A stretch of 64,000 nucleotides of DNA from Terriglobia bacterium (GCA_963664115.2 CAXWPJ010000002.1:608001-672000); one strand, 5' to 3'. Positions 42,712 to 53,781 are shown, counted from the first letter of the stretch. Program-made: numbers and translations. Notes: generated by a model from the sequence alone, not told the origin.

Positions 42712-44172
42712 ATGTCTTCACAGCAAGACGACAAAGCATCCACGAATAGATCCTTCAAGCTCTATTTGCGCATCCTGACGGGACCCTTGGCCTTCTTGAT
42801 AGTCCAGGCCCTCTCCTTGCCTGGTTTGGAAGCCGGACCTCATTTCGCTCTCAGCTCTTACGCCTGGGTTGTGGCCTGGTGGGCGGCCATGCCGATCCCC
42901 TGGGCGATTACCGGATTCCTGCCCCTGGTACTGTTCCCGCTCGGAGGCGTCATGCCCTTCCGTGAGGTGGCGGCGCTTTACGGCCAGCGGGTATTTCCCT
43001 TTCTCCTGGGAATAATGCTGTTTGGCCACGCTTTCCGAAAATATGGTCTCGCCAGGAGAATGGCGACGAACTTGTTAAGCATCCCCGGGGTGGCAACATC
43101 AGGCGCACGCCTGATCCTGATGATTATCGTCGTGACGGCTATTCTATCGGCCCTGGTCGATGACGCGGCAGCGGTCGCGATCATGATACCGATCGCTCTG
43201 TCTGTGGCCCGATTCGCGGGCGATACGACCAGCGGTAAGACTCCCCGTCTGATGGAAGCATCCGCTCTGGCGGTGCTTTACGGTTCTGCGGCAGGCGGCA
43301 TGGCAACCCCGGCGGGCGTACCTTTTAATCCGCTGGCTATTTCCCTTCTCGATCAATTGACCCAATACCAGATCAGTTTCACCCAGTGGACTCTCACCGG
43401 AGTCATCCTTTCAGTCGCAACTATTCCCGTCTACTACCTGGTTCTGCGATTCATGTCGCCACCCGAAGTGCAGAGCATTCGTGGTGGGGCGGCCTATTTC
43501 AGCGAAGCGAAGCAAGCCCTCGGCCCGATGAGCCGGGGTGAAAAGAACGTTCTTTTCGTCTTGATTGTCATGATCGTCCTCTGGTTCCTGCCGGCCCTCG
43601 TCACGATAAGCTTCCTGGACATCTGGTACGTTCCCCCGGTGGCCATGGTGCTTCTGTTTCTTCTTCCGGTTGACGCTGGCAAGGGCGAAATGACCCTCGG
43701 TTCCAAAGACGTCCAGGAAGGGGTTCTGTGGAACATCCTTTTCCTGGTTGTGAGCGGTACCGCGATTGCCAGTGGACTGGCCAGCCTGGGTATAGCAGAC
43801 TGGATTGGGAGCATGATCTCGGCGAGCGCGTCGGCCGCAGTGCTGCCGTGGCTGGCAGGGCTCGCCACGCCGATCTTGAGCCACCTCACAAGCGGCACGG
43901 CGACGACATCGATGGTGTCCACCATTCTGTTCCCTATGGCCAACGATCTGGGTTACAACGCTGCGATTCTGGCCCGGATCATTGCCGGAACCGCACTGGC
44001 CGTTTCCTTTCCCTGGTCGGGAGCGGGAGCGGGAACTGCATTCGCCTCCGGTGCGATCAGCTTCGGCACGATGTTCAGGATCGGCGTTGTCGCGACAATC
44101 CTCACCATGACCGTCATCACGGTTCTGAGCATGGTGCTGGTACCTGCGCTGGGCGCGTTCTCAATACCTTAG
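42712..44172 (+). CDS. SLC13/DASS family anion permease
   Basis: Many TM helices, YGSAAGGMATPAGVPFNP, HLTSGTAT; ATG 42712. Confidence 0.85.
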   Translation: MSSQQDDKASTNRSFKLYLRILTGPLAFLIVQALSLPGLEAGPHFALSSYAWVVAWWAAMPIPWAITGFLPLVLFPLGGVMPFREVAALYGQRVFPFLLGIMLFGHAFRKYGLARRMATNLLSIPGVATSGARLILMIIVVTAILSALVDDAAAVAIMIPIALSVARFAGDTTSGKTPRLMEASALAVLYGSAAGGMATPAGVPFNPLAISLLDQLTQYQISFTQWTLTGVILSVATIPVYYLVLRFMSPPEVQSIRGGAAYFSEAKQALGPMSRGEKNVLFVLIVMIVLWFLPALVTISFLDIWYVPPVAMVLLFLLPVDAGKGEMTLGSKDVQEGVLWNILFLVVSGTAIASGLASLGIADWIGSMISASASAAVLPWLAGLATPILSHLTSGTATTSMVSTILFPMANDLGYNAAILARIIAGTALAVSFPWSGAGAGTAFASGAISFGTMFRIGVVATILTMTVITVLSMVLVPALGAFSIP

Positions 44173-44188
44173 CGAAAGGACTCTTCTG

Positions 44189-45190
44189 ATGAGCCGAACG
44201 GGGCACATGAAACTCACGCTTGCATGCTGGGATTATGACCGGACGCGCCCGATCATGGAAAACCGGGTACGTTTTGATGGTATCGATCTGAATTATTTGA
44301 ACCTCGTGGTTGAGGAAATCTTCTTCCGGCAGATGCGCCATCATGAGTTCGACGTTTCGGAAATGTCGTTTTCTTCTTACCTTGTATCCAGATTCGAAGA
44401 CAGCCCTCCGTTTATCGCCATTCCGGTCTTCCCGTCGCGATCGTTCCGTCACTCCGGCATCTATGTCCACACCAACTCCGGAATCCAGGCTCCCGAGGAC
44501 CTCGTCGGCAAACGTATCGGCTGCGCTGAATACCAGTTGACGGCCAATGTTTGGATTCGCGGAATACTTAACGACGAATACGGCGTCGCACCATCGAGTT
44601 TCTTGACGCTCACCGGTGGCCTGGAACAGCCGGGACGCATCGAAAAGGCGGGCGTTTCGTTGCCTCCCGGCATTCAGTCTGAAGCCATTGGACCCACCCA
44701 GACGCTATCGGAGATGCTGGATCGGGGTGAAATCGATGCGCTGTTTTCTCCACGAGCACCTTCAAGCTTTTTGTCCGGGAGCCCTAATGTCGGACGGCTC
44801 TTCGAAGACAGCTATACGGCCGAACGCGAGTACTATCAGCGGACCAAGATATTCCCGATCATGCACCTGGTGGCAATCCGGAGGGAAGTTTATGAAGAGA
44901 ATCGCTGGGTCGCCCAGTCGCTGCTTAAGGGTTTCGTGGAAGCGCAGCGTATGGCGTATCAGGACCTCCATGAAACAGCTGCGCTCAAGGTCATGCTCCC
45001 CTGGTTGATCCGGCACGTCGCCGATACGGAAGAAATCATGGGTCAGGATTTCTGGGCCTATGGCTACGAATCCAACAAAGAGGTCGTCAATCGTCTGCTC
45101 CGCTATCACCATGAACAAGGACTGTCCGCGCGACAACTGACAGGTGAGGAAATCTTCGCGCCGGAAACACTCGAGTCGTTCAAAATCTAA
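44189..45190 (+). CDS. 4,5-dihydroxyphthalate decarboxylase-like protein (periplasmic-binding-protein fold)
   Basis: LTLACWDYDRT, EEIFFRQ, FDVSEMS, PVFPSRSFRHS, EYQLTANVWIRG, IFPIMH. Confidence 0.85.
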   Translation: MSRTGHMKLTLACWDYDRTRPIMENRVRFDGIDLNYLNLVVEEIFFRQMRHHEFDVSEMSFSSYLVSRFEDSPPFIAIPVFPSRSFRHSGIYVHTNSGIQAPEDLVGKRIGCAEYQLTANVWIRGILNDEYGVAPSSFLTLTGGLEQPGRIEKAGVSLPPGIQSEAIGPTQTLSEMLDRGEIDALFSPRAPSSFLSGSPNVGRLFEDSYTAEREYYQRTKIFPIMHLVAIRREVYEENRWVAQSLLKGFVEAQRMAYQDLHETAALKVMLPWLIRHVADTEEIMGQDFWAYGYESNKEVVNRLLRYHHEQGLSARQLTGEEIFAPETLESFKI

Positions 45191-45386
45191 TCCAGAAGCC
45201 CGAGACCGGATGGAGGCACTATTGTGCCGGAAGCTGCCGGGGACCGCTCTTCGATGCCCGGCGATCGATCAATCATGTCAAATGATGTCATTTGTCGTCG
45301 CGCTGATCAGGGTCTCCTGATCTTGATCACGACGGTGACTAATGATTGTGAGCTTAGGTAGATAGGTTGTAGAATCCAGTGCGTAA

Positions 45387-45458
<72 letters not shown>

Positions 45459-45494
45459 CTTATCTGTCAATGACTCAGATGATTGGCTGCAAAG

Positions 45495-45516
45495 TTCTAC
45501 CGCGTTTCTACCGCGT
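45495..45516. repeat. 11-bp tandem direct repeat, possible integrase arm-type sites
   Basis: TTCTACCGCGT x2, 36 nt downstream of the tRNA, at the integrase stop. Confidence 0.55.
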
Positions 45517-46450
45517 TAAGCTCACAAGCCGAATCCAGCGTTTCCACTGCCTCAAGTCGGCTTCGCAGTGATGATTGGGTGTAGACATCCATATGAACAC
45601 CCAGTCCATGCCCCTGCTGATCGCTGATAACTTTCGGGCTTACTCCTAAGTTCTTCCATCAGGTTCGAGTGGGTTCGACGCATTACATGGAAGTCCACCC
45701 AACCGAGACCGACTCGCTCAAACACTGGCCGAATGTGTCGACGCATGAGGTTGTCCTTGGCAAGGGGAGTTGTGAGCCGTTCTGATGGAAATAGCCACCC
45801 ATCAGGTTCGGTATCCGGGCTTTGTCGCTTCCATTCCTCCATTATCCTGCTGCGCGCTAGATGACAGAGCCGCCAGTCTAGGATTCGTTTTCGGCGTATC
45901 TATAAGTCCACGATATATCCGCTCCTGAATATCGACGGATTTGTTGTGGATACGACCCCAACGTAGCCCAAATATTACGCTGGAACGTATCCCCGCAAGG
46001 ATAGCCAGCTTCATGATCAACCGATCCCGTAATGGCAGAACGGTAAACGCCAGCCTGACATCCTCTATACCCATCGTGGGATGTTCCGGCTTCGGACATT
46101 CCTCGGGCGTGAACAACAACGCTGCAGGGTTCTTGTCTGTAATCCCCTCTACGATCGCGGTCTCAAATATTTGATTGAGGTCCCACCGCAGATGATCCAC
46201 GGTGCTGAAAGACATACCGGCCTTCGAGTCTAGGAAGTCCTGTAGCTCGTGCCGCGTGAGACTCCGTAGGTGTCCATTGCCGAAAGTTCCGACGATTTCC
46301 CTGCCAATTCGATCCTTGTTCGTTGCTCCATTTCTTTCTGTAGATGACCAAGTAGACGTTCTCGACGAATTCCTTCACCGTGCAATTTATCGATACCGCA
46401 GAACGGGCATCGATTGCCAGCGTGGCCTGAATGGAGCCAAGTTGACAACA
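45497..46450 (-). pseudogene. Frameshifted tyrosine recombinase/integrase
   Basis: Fragments in several frames: EFVENVY, LQDFLD..STVDHLR, LAILAGIR, TPKT, WLFPS, FHVMRRT, ISDQQGH...DVYT; 5' end approximate. Confidence 0.88.
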
Positions 46451-46970
46451 TCAGCGGGCAGACCATGTTCTGGAAAATGAGGCTTTGTAACCCTTTTGGG
46501 TAATTGACTTTAATGGGCCTGCTCCATCAGAATATCATCCAAGGACCTAGGCGCTTGACCAATTGAGATCGCGGGCGATTACGGCTGTCAAATTCGATAG
46601 CATCGGCCGGTCGATCAGGGCGGTGTCCTGACCACAGGGAGTGGACGAAATCCGTTCCCCTTCCCGAGCAAGGAGGCAAAGGAGTTTCTCGTAAATAGCT
46701 AGATTCGTTTGAGATATGTTGTTCGCTGTCCGGAGCAAGACGACTCGATCGCGACAGCGAATCCGCCGTTGAAAGCCAGGATCAGGGGCCACACAACCTG
46801 CCAATCTATACCTCTTTATCCTTAGGTCTAGTTTGATCTGCGCTTGCGCCGGGCCACTGACACTGGACTCGAACGCCGATGCAACTGGAATTTGGTGGCG
46901 GAACCTGGACCCGATTTTTTATTTCGTCGAGTGACGAGCCGGGTTCATCGGTTAGCTCTGGAGTATTGCT

Positions 46971-49385
46971 TTGAATCGTCCCTGGATTCTTTCTGTCCTG
47001 ATCCTGTTCCTGATCGCTGGCATCCCGACACTGGCGCGCGCGCAGTCGTCCGGTAGCGTTGAGGGCTTCATTGCCCTGCCGACCGGAGACCCTGTGGGCC
47101 GTGCAACCGTGCTGCTCTCCGGTCTGGACCGCGTGGCCGAAACCGACGCCAATGGCCGCTTTCGTTTCGACAACGTACCGGTAGGGACATATGGCTTGGT
47201 GGCATATCGGTGGCTCATGTCGGCTGAAGTCGACCAGGTTCTGGTCGGGCAAGGTCAGACCGGGAACGTCCGAATGCAGCTCGGGTCTGCCCTGGTGGTA
47301 ATGGAAACAGCCCGGCCGGCCGATCCGGCAAGGCTTGCCGAAGCCCCCGAAGCAGGTCTGGTGGCGTCGGCAAATTCCCAATCTCTTGAAGTGCCTGTGA
47401 ACGCCGTGCAGAACCGTTCGACCCCGATCAGCACGTTTGATATGACCCGTGCCGGAGCCTCGACGCTCGGCGATGCAATGGATTCCCGACTGGGATTTAA
47501 CACCCGAAGCTTCGGCCAGAGTATCTCGCGGCCAATTTTCAGGGGATTCGATGGAGACCGGGTTCTGATCCTCGGAGACGGACTTTCTGGTGGGTCGCTT
47601 GCCTACCATTCAGGTGACCATTTCGAGCCGTTTGCCCCGGGCACGATCGAACGGATCGAGTTCCTGCGCGGGCCTTCGACGTTGTTGTACGGCAACAGCC
47701 TGGTCGGCCGTGCGATCAATGTCGTCGGACCTGGCCGGACCCGAACGCCGGCTTCGGGTGAAGGCTGGCGTGGGCGCACGTCCTCCGGATTCGGCTTCGG
47801 TGACGCGTATGCCGGCAGTTCTGTCCAGGCCGAGTACGCGAGCGGCAACTGGCAGTTTTCGCTGGCCGGTAGCAGTCGCCGCGCCGGTGATTACGACTCG
47901 CCCCTCGGCTCGGTTGAGAACTCCGGGAACGGTCTGGCCGATGGCTCGGTGGGCATTACATGGTTCGACGACTCCGCGTTCATGGGTTTCAATTACAGCG
48001 TTGGTCGAGGAAGCTATGGCATACCGGTCGCACCCGAATTCCGATCTGCTAACGCAGCGATCCCCATACCGGATGCAGTCGATGTCGAGTTCCGTCGACA
48101 TGGTGTTGAGTTGTTCGGTGGCGCTCGTGCTGAGTACCTCGCGTTCGAGGGTTTCGAATTCTCGGCGAGTTACAGTTACTGGGACCACGATGAAATCGAA
48201 ACTTTCAATGATGTTGGTCCGTCCATCGCCACAAATTTCGGAAATCGGGTCTTGAGTTACCGCGCTTGGTTTGACCAGAAACGAGCCGGTGTTCTCGACG
48301 GCCGAATCGGATTCTCCACCTCGACCAGGGAATATCGGGCGAACGGCCGGGAGCAATTGTTGCCATCGGTCCGCCGTAACAATCTTGCGGTGTTTGCCGT
48401 CGAAGAACTCGATCTCAGTCCGTTTCTGTTAGAGATGGGTGGCCGTATCGATTATGCGGGAGATGGAGTGCGCGGCTTGCTGACCCGCCGGATCAACCCT
48501 CTTGACGCGGACGCCGGATTCGCGCAGGACTTTTTCCGGGGTCGGTCCTTTGTCGGGGGAACAGGATCCCTTGGCGCGAGTGTCCAGGCCTGGGACATCG
48601 GAGAATTCAGGGTCGACCTGACCAGTGGGTACCGGCAACCCGCAATCGAGGAGCTCTATAGTTTCGGTGCGCATGTCGGCCGTCTCACTTTCGACATCGG
48701 CGACGTCACCCTGCGAGCTGAGCGTTCCAACGGGGCCGAGATCTCATTCACCCACACGCGTCCACGGTTCAGTGCCGAGATGGATGTGTTCTATTACGAC
48801 ATCAAGAACTTCGTCTATTTCGGCCTGAACCAGAATTTCTTGCAGGGCCTTATGGAGGCGGAGTACCAACAGGGGCCGGCCCGGTTCAGCGGCGTTGAGC
48901 TGGCGCTGGATTTCCAACTGCACCGTTCAACCAGGCTGAAAGTTGGGATGGAAACCGTCCAGGCCACGCTCAGGGATCTGGGTACCTCCCCTCCCCGGCT
49001 TCCACCGTTTCGCGCAAGGTTCGGTCTGGACTACCGCCTCGGAGGTCTCCGTTTCAGTCCGGAGCTCATCGTGGCTGATTCCCGTGAGGAGGTGTTTTCG
49101 GGAGAGAATCCAACTCCCGGGTACGGACTGGTCAACATGGCCGCTTCCTATACGCTACCCCGCGAAAACATGTCGCATCAATTTGCGTTCAATGTCTTCA
49201 ACTTAGGGGACAAGCTTTACCGGGACCACAACAGCCTGCTCAAGCGCCTGGTGCCCGCATGGGGCCGTGGCTTCCGGATCACCTACGCGATGGAGTTCAC
49301 CAGACCGGCGCCTTCCGGTGGTGCATCGTCTTTCGATCAGGAAGGCCTGGGGTTGGCTGCGGGCGGGCCGACGCCATTGGACTGA
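46971..49385 (+). CDS. TonB-dependent receptor with N-terminal carboxypeptidase-regulatory-like domain (ZnuD-like)
   Basis: Signal peptide, TDANGRFRFDNVPVGTY, plug SRPIFRGFDGDRV..DG..GDH, IERIEFLRGPSTLLYG, FNLGDKLY; TTG start with GGAG RBS. Confidence 0.9.
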   Translation: MNRPWILSVLILFLIAGIPTLARAQSSGSVEGFIALPTGDPVGRATVLLSGLDRVAETDANGRFRFDNVPVGTYGLVAYRWLMSAEVDQVLVGQGQTGNVRMQLGSALVVMETARPADPARLAEAPEAGLVASANSQSLEVPVNAVQNRSTPISTFDMTRAGASTLGDAMDSRLGFNTRSFGQSISRPIFRGFDGDRVLILGDGLSGGSLAYHSGDHFEPFAPGTIERIEFLRGPSTLLYGNSLVGRAINVVGPGRTRTPASGEGWRGRTSSGFGFGDAYAGSSVQAEYASGNWQFSLAGSSRRAGDYDSPLGSVENSGNGLADGSVGITWFDDSAFMGFNYSVGRGSYGIPVAPEFRSANAAIPIPDAVDVEFRRHGVELFGGARAEYLAFEGFEFSASYSYWDHDEIETFNDVGPSIATNFGNRVLSYRAWFDQKRAGVLDGRIGFSTSTREYRANGREQLLPSVRRNNLAVFAVEELDLSPFLLEMGGRIDYAGDGVRGLLTRRINPLDADAGFAQDFFRGRSFVGGTGSLGASVQAWDIGEFRVDLTSGYRQPAIEELYSFGAHVGRLTFDIGDVTLRAERSNGAEISFTHTRPRFSAEMDVFYYDIKNFVYFGLNQNFLQGLMEAEYQQGPARFSGVELALDFQLHRSTRLKVGMETVQATLRDLGTSPPRLPPFRARFGLDYRLGGLRFSPELIVADSREEVFSGENPTPGYGLVNMAASYTLPRENMSHQFAFNVFNLGDKLYRDHNSLLKRLVPAWGRGFRITYAMEFTRPAPSGGASSFDQEGLGLAAGGPTPLD

Positions 49386-49409
49386 TCACACCATATCTGG
49401 AGGAAGAAG

Positions 49410-51056
49410 ATGAAGAAAGCCGATTCCCTGGCTTTTCTCGCGGTGTTTATTTCTCTTCTGCTTTCTGTGCCGACGACGAGGGCTCAGGAAGCGGATTTCG
49501 GCGACATTGAACTCAGGCGGGCGCCGCTTGTCGGGGAGGCCCGGTTGTCGCTGCAGCGGACCGTCGAAATCGCGCTGGAGAGCAACCCCGACCTCGTCGT
49601 GGAAAGGCTCCGAATAGAGCAGTCCCGGGCGGGTGTCGAGGAAGAAAAAGGCGTCTACGACCCAGTCTTTTCCATGTCCGGTCTTGCAGGACGGCGAGAC
49701 AACGTCATCGCGAGTAGATTTTTTCCGACCGGTGAATTCACCGAAGAGAATTTCGTTTACGGTGCCGGCCTGAACGGGGTGACGCACTTGGGATCCCGTT
49801 ACAGTCTGGATCTGAACTATCAACGTCAGATCTCAACGTCGAACACCCAATCTTTGAGTCCCCAGTACTCGGCTACGCTGGATCTGACTTACAGCCAGCC
49901 TCTGTTTCGCGATTTTGGCACCGATGTGACGCTGACCCAACTCCGGATTGCGCAGCGCGAACAGGACATTTCAGAAGAGAATCTGGCGATTGGTCTGACC
50001 AGCCTGATCTTCGAGGTCGTCGAATCGTACTGGAACCTGGTCTTTGCCACCGAGGACCTGGCTGTACGTCGCGCAAGCTTCGAACTGGCTGAAGCTTTGC
50101 TCGAGCAGACCGAAACGCTTTTTGAATCCGGACAATTATCTGAACTCGACGTCCTCGAGGCGCGGGCGGGTGTCTTCGAGCGACGCGAAGACGTAATCCG
50201 CTTCGAGAACCAAGTCGCTGGGGTCGAAGATCTCCTCAAAATTCTGATGTACGCGGACATGGCAGTTGTGAGCGTGACGCCGACCGAGCCGCTGATCGTA
50301 GTCCCCGTAGATCCGAACCCTCAGGAAAGCAACGACCGGGCTCTGGGTCGACGACCCGAGATCTTGAGGCTCCAGACCGTGCTCGAGCAGCGGCAGAACG
50401 AAACGATTTTTGCGTCCAACCAGGTGCGCCCACGCATCGACCTGAACTTGACGTACGGGATGAGTGGGCTGTCGGGAAGACCCAACTTGACACTCGTAAA
50501 TCCTGGAAATCCGCTACAGGGTTTTGCCGGAAGCACCGTCGCCGGTTCGGTGTTTGCGGGCCTGACACGGCCTCTGGGCGCGTTCAATCGGTTCTTCAGC
50601 GGCGACTCCTTCGACAACTGGAGTGTCGAGTTGCGTGTGGAACTACCCCTGCGCAATCGAACCGCTGAAGCCCGACTTGCCAATGCGGGACTGCGCGAGA
50701 AAGAAAGCCAGGTCACGCTGGCCACCGTTGAGGAACAGGTCGTATTCGAAATCCGCCAGGCGCTGAGGGACCTTTCCACGGCAACCGAGAGCATCGATGC
50801 GTCGCGCGAGGCAGTCCGCTATGTTGAGGACCAGCTCGTTGCGACGCGTACGCGGTTCGAAGCCGGCCTGTCAACCAGCTACGACGTTCTGCGTGTGCTC
50901 GAAACGCTGGCCCTGTCACGGCGGCGCGAGTTGCAGGCCTTGACCGACCACAACATTGCCCGCGCTGCGTTGAGTCTGGCCGAAGGCCGTATTCTGGAAG
51001 ACTTCAACGTCGAGGTGGGTGGGGCATCCCGCTCCAATTCGGGGACATCCTTTTAG
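49410..51056 (+). CDS. TolC family outer-membrane channel
   Basis: Signal peptide, LSLQRTVEIALESNPDL, QPLFRDFG, YWNL, RRPE, RFEAGLST; two-repeat OEP layout. Confidence 0.93.
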   Translation: MKKADSLAFLAVFISLLLSVPTTRAQEADFGDIELRRAPLVGEARLSLQRTVEIALESNPDLVVERLRIEQSRAGVEEEKGVYDPVFSMSGLAGRRDNVIASRFFPTGEFTEENFVYGAGLNGVTHLGSRYSLDLNYQRQISTSNTQSLSPQYSATLDLTYSQPLFRDFGTDVTLTQLRIAQREQDISEENLAIGLTSLIFEVVESYWNLVFATEDLAVRRASFELAEALLEQTETLFESGQLSELDVLEARAGVFERREDVIRFENQVAGVEDLLKILMYADMAVVSVTPTEPLIVVPVDPNPQESNDRALGRRPEILRLQTVLEQRQNETIFASNQVRPRIDLNLTYGMSGLSGRPNLTLVNPGNPLQGFAGSTVAGSVFAGLTRPLGAFNRFFSGDSFDNWSVELRVELPLRNRTAEARLANAGLREKESQVTLATVEEQVVFEIRQALRDLSTATESIDASREAVRYVEDQLVATRTRFEAGLSTSYDVLRVLETLALSRRRELQALTDHNIARAALSLAEGRILEDFNVEVGGASRSNSGTSF

Positions 51057-51069
51057 TCTGGAGCCCAAC

Positions 51070-51885
51070 ATGAAATCAACGATTCGAATAATGTGCGGCG
51101 TGTTGGCCCTCGGCGTCGGCTCTGGCCAGTTTCTTGCTCAACAAGCCGCGACCGGTGTCGTGCGAGCCGAAGAGGCCGTCATCGTTCGCAGCGAAGTTGT
51201 GGGCATCGTCGACCAAATCGATGTCCAGGAAGGCCAGCGCATATCGGAAGGCGAGCCGCTCGTGCACCTGCGGAAGGACCTCCAGGAGATCGGTCTCCGC
51301 CTCGCAGCGGCACGGCTGGATCGGGCTGAAGCCACCGCGGCCGCCTCGGAGGTGACGCTTGAGAATGCCCGGCACACTCTGGCACGAGTGGAAGTCGCGG
51401 CAACTGCGCTGACCGAAAAGGAATACGAGGACGTCATCGATGAGGTGCACCGTTTGGAGGCGCTGCTAAAGGCGCAGGAGGCCGAGGTCGTCGAGTTCCG
51501 CGTGGAGCAGGATCTTCGCCAGCAGGAGTTTGACGCCCGCTCGATTCGTGCCCCCTTCGACGGTACCGTCACAGCGGTCTATCTGGTGCGGGGCGACGCC
51601 GTGGCGCCTCTGGAAACGCCGATTCTGGCCCTCGTGCTTCTGGATCAACTGTACGTCGAGCTGGCACTGCCGGTGTCTGAACTCCCCAGACTCGCAGAAG
51701 GCATGCGGGTTGGAATCGACGTGGAAAGCGAAGTCCTTGGCCCGGCCGGACAGGTGGGCGGTGTCATCCGATATATCAATCCCACCGTCGACCCGTCGAG
51801 TCGCACGTTCCTGGTTAAAGTCGGATTTTCCGATCCGCCCGGACAGATCCGACCTGGAATGCGGGCTGACGTCGAGCTGCCATGA
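51070..51885 (+). CDS. HlyD/RND-type periplasmic adaptor (membrane fusion protein)
   Basis: Lipoyl half-motifs GIVDQIDVQEGQRI and IRAPFDGTV around a coiled coil; INPTVDPSSRTF, IRPGM; ATG 51070. Confidence 0.92.
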   Translation: MKSTIRIMCGVLALGVGSGQFLAQQAATGVVRAEEAVIVRSEVVGIVDQIDVQEGQRISEGEPLVHLRKDLQEIGLRLAAARLDRAEATAAASEVTLENARHTLARVEVAATALTEKEYEDVIDEVHRLEALLKAQEAEVVEFRVEQDLRQQEFDARSIRAPFDGTVTAVYLVRGDAVAPLETPILALVLLDQLYVELALPVSELPRLAEGMRVGIDVESEVLGPAGQVGGVIRYINPTVDPSSRTFLVKVGFSDPPGQIRPGMRADVELP

Positions 51886-51912
51886 TGCCTGGAGACATTC
51901 GATAAGGTTTAA

Positions 51913-53775
51913 ATGGAATACAGAGACGAACACCATGATGAGTCGGCGCCGGCCGACCTGATCGACGAGCTGGAAAGCCTTAGACGTTTCAATGGCCCGC
52001 CGGCACAGTTCTGGCCGCTGTTTCTGGAAAAGGCCGGCATGTTGGTGACGGCCCATCTGGCCGTGCTGCTGATGTTTTCCACCGACGACAAGTCCTGGAA
52101 GCGTATGGCCCTGTGGCCTGAGAGCGAGAAGGACACGCTCAAGATGCCGAAGCTGACCGGCGATATCGAGCGGGTGGCCGGTCGTTCCCTGGCCGAACGG
52201 TCCGCGATCAGCTCCGATGATCTTCCACCCGAACTGGGCGATGCCTGCCTGATCGGCCTTCGTCTCGGGACCGGGCAGGATGTCCAGGTCGTGGCCGTCT
52301 TCATCATCGGGAACTCGACCTACACCGATGCCGAAGAGGCGCGAATGCGCCTCAGCCTGATTGCCGATACGCCGAGCCTCTATCAACTCGGGCGCCTGTT
52401 TGACCAGACGCGATCCGATGTCGGCAAGTTCAGCGATTCGCTCGACCTGACGGTCCTGATCAACGACCAGACCCGCTACGTCGCAGCCGCGATGACGCTA
52501 TGCAACGAAGTCGCCTCCCGATTCAACTGCGATCGCGTGTCGCTGGGCTGGTTGAAGGACGGCTATGTCCGGGTCCAGGCCATCAGCCACATCGAACGCT
52601 TCGAGAAGAAGATGGACGTGGTTCAGGCGCTGGAGGCCGTCATGGAAGAGGCTCTGGACCAGGACACGGAAATCGTCTGGCCTTCGCCCCCTGAGGGCCA
52701 CTTCATCACCCGCAGCCACGAGTCGTTTTCGAAACGCGAAGGCGCTTCCGACATCGTGTCGCTTCCGATGCGGATCGAAGGGGTTCCGGTTGCGGTTCTC
52801 ACCTGCGAACGGAGCGGTGATTCGTTCGCTGAAGAAACCGTCCGCGGACTACGACTGCTTTCCGACCTGGCCACACGTCGCCTGGGCGATCTTCGCGACC
52901 GGGACCGGTGGATCGGCGCCCGGGTGGCCGGGGCGGTTCGTGACGGTGCCGGGCGTCTGGTGGGCGTCGAACACACCTTCGCCAAGCTCGCCGGCATCGT
53001 GCTGATGGGTCTTCTGGCGTTCGGAATTTTCGGAACCCTGGAATACCGCGTCGAAGCGCCGTTCGTTCTCAAGTCCGACGATGTCGTCTACGTGTCGGCG
53101 CCTTTTGACGGGTTCATCGATCAGGTGCCCATTGACGTCGGCGATCCGGTGGAACCCGGTGATCTGTTGCTCAGTTTTGACACGCGCGAACTCCTCCTTC
53201 AGGAAGCCACGGCGATCGCAAACCAGATCCGTTACGAGCGGGAAGCCGAGCAGGCCCGGGCCCAGCGCGCAACCGCCGACATGATGATCGCTGAAGCGCT
53301 GGCCGACCAGGCCGGGGCGCAACTGGCACTGGTGCGGCACTTTATTGAACGGGCCGAGGTGCGGGCGCCGTTCAACGGCATTGTCGTGGAGGGCGATCTT
53401 CAGGAACTGTTGGGGACACCGGCTCAAAAGGGAGATGCGCTGTTCCGGATCGCCCGGACCGAGAACCTGTACGCCGAACTCGAACTCGATGAGCGGGACG
53501 CCCAGGACGTGTCGGAGGTGTCGACCGGCGAGATCGCTTTCCTGACCCGCCCGGATCTGGTTTTCCCGATCGTGGTTGAACGGACCGATCCGGTGACGGT
53601 GACCCGCGACGCAGATAATGTCTTCATCGTTCGCGCTAACCTGTCGGGCGAAGCCTCAGACTGGTGGCGGCCCGGCATGAGCGGCATCGCCAAGATCAAT
53701 GCGGGGCGGAGAAACGTCCTCTGGATCCTTACGCACCGAACGATCGATTTTTTGCGAATGTACCTGTGGTGGTAA
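51913..53775 (+). CDS. GAF-like domain + HlyD adaptor fusion protein
   Basis: Cytoplasmic GAF-like region (CDRVSLG, EEALDQD, IVSLPM, AVLTCER), one TM, VSAPFDGFI / VRAPFNGIV, WWRPGMSGIAKI. Confidence 0.85.
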   Translation: MEYRDEHHDESAPADLIDELESLRRFNGPPAQFWPLFLEKAGMLVTAHLAVLLMFSTDDKSWKRMALWPESEKDTLKMPKLTGDIERVAGRSLAERSAISSDDLPPELGDACLIGLRLGTGQDVQVVAVFIIGNSTYTDAEEARMRLSLIADTPSLYQLGRLFDQTRSDVGKFSDSLDLTVLINDQTRYVAAAMTLCNEVASRFNCDRVSLGWLKDGYVRVQAISHIERFEKKMDVVQALEAVMEEALDQDTEIVWPSPPEGHFITRSHESFSKREGASDIVSLPMRIEGVPVAVLTCERSGDSFAEETVRGLRLLSDLATRRLGDLRDRDRWIGARVAGAVRDGAGRLVGVEHTFAKLAGIVLMGLLAFGIFGTLEYRVEAPFVLKSDDVVYVSAPFDGFIDQVPIDVGDPVEPGDLLLSFDTRELLLQEATAIANQIRYEREAEQARAQRATADMMIAEALADQAGAQLALVRHFIERAEVRAPFNGIVVEGDLQELLGTPAQKGDALFRIARTENLYAELELDERDAQDVSEVSTGEIAFLTRPDLVFPIVVERTDPVTVTRDADNVFIVRANLSGEASDWWRPGMSGIAKINAGRRNVLWILTHRTIDFLRMYLWW

Positions 53776-53781
53776 TGATCG

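Noticed and set aside
46547-46804. 85-aa ORF between integrase remnant and TonB receptor
   Set aside because: No recognisable motif or RBS; region looks like decayed DNA
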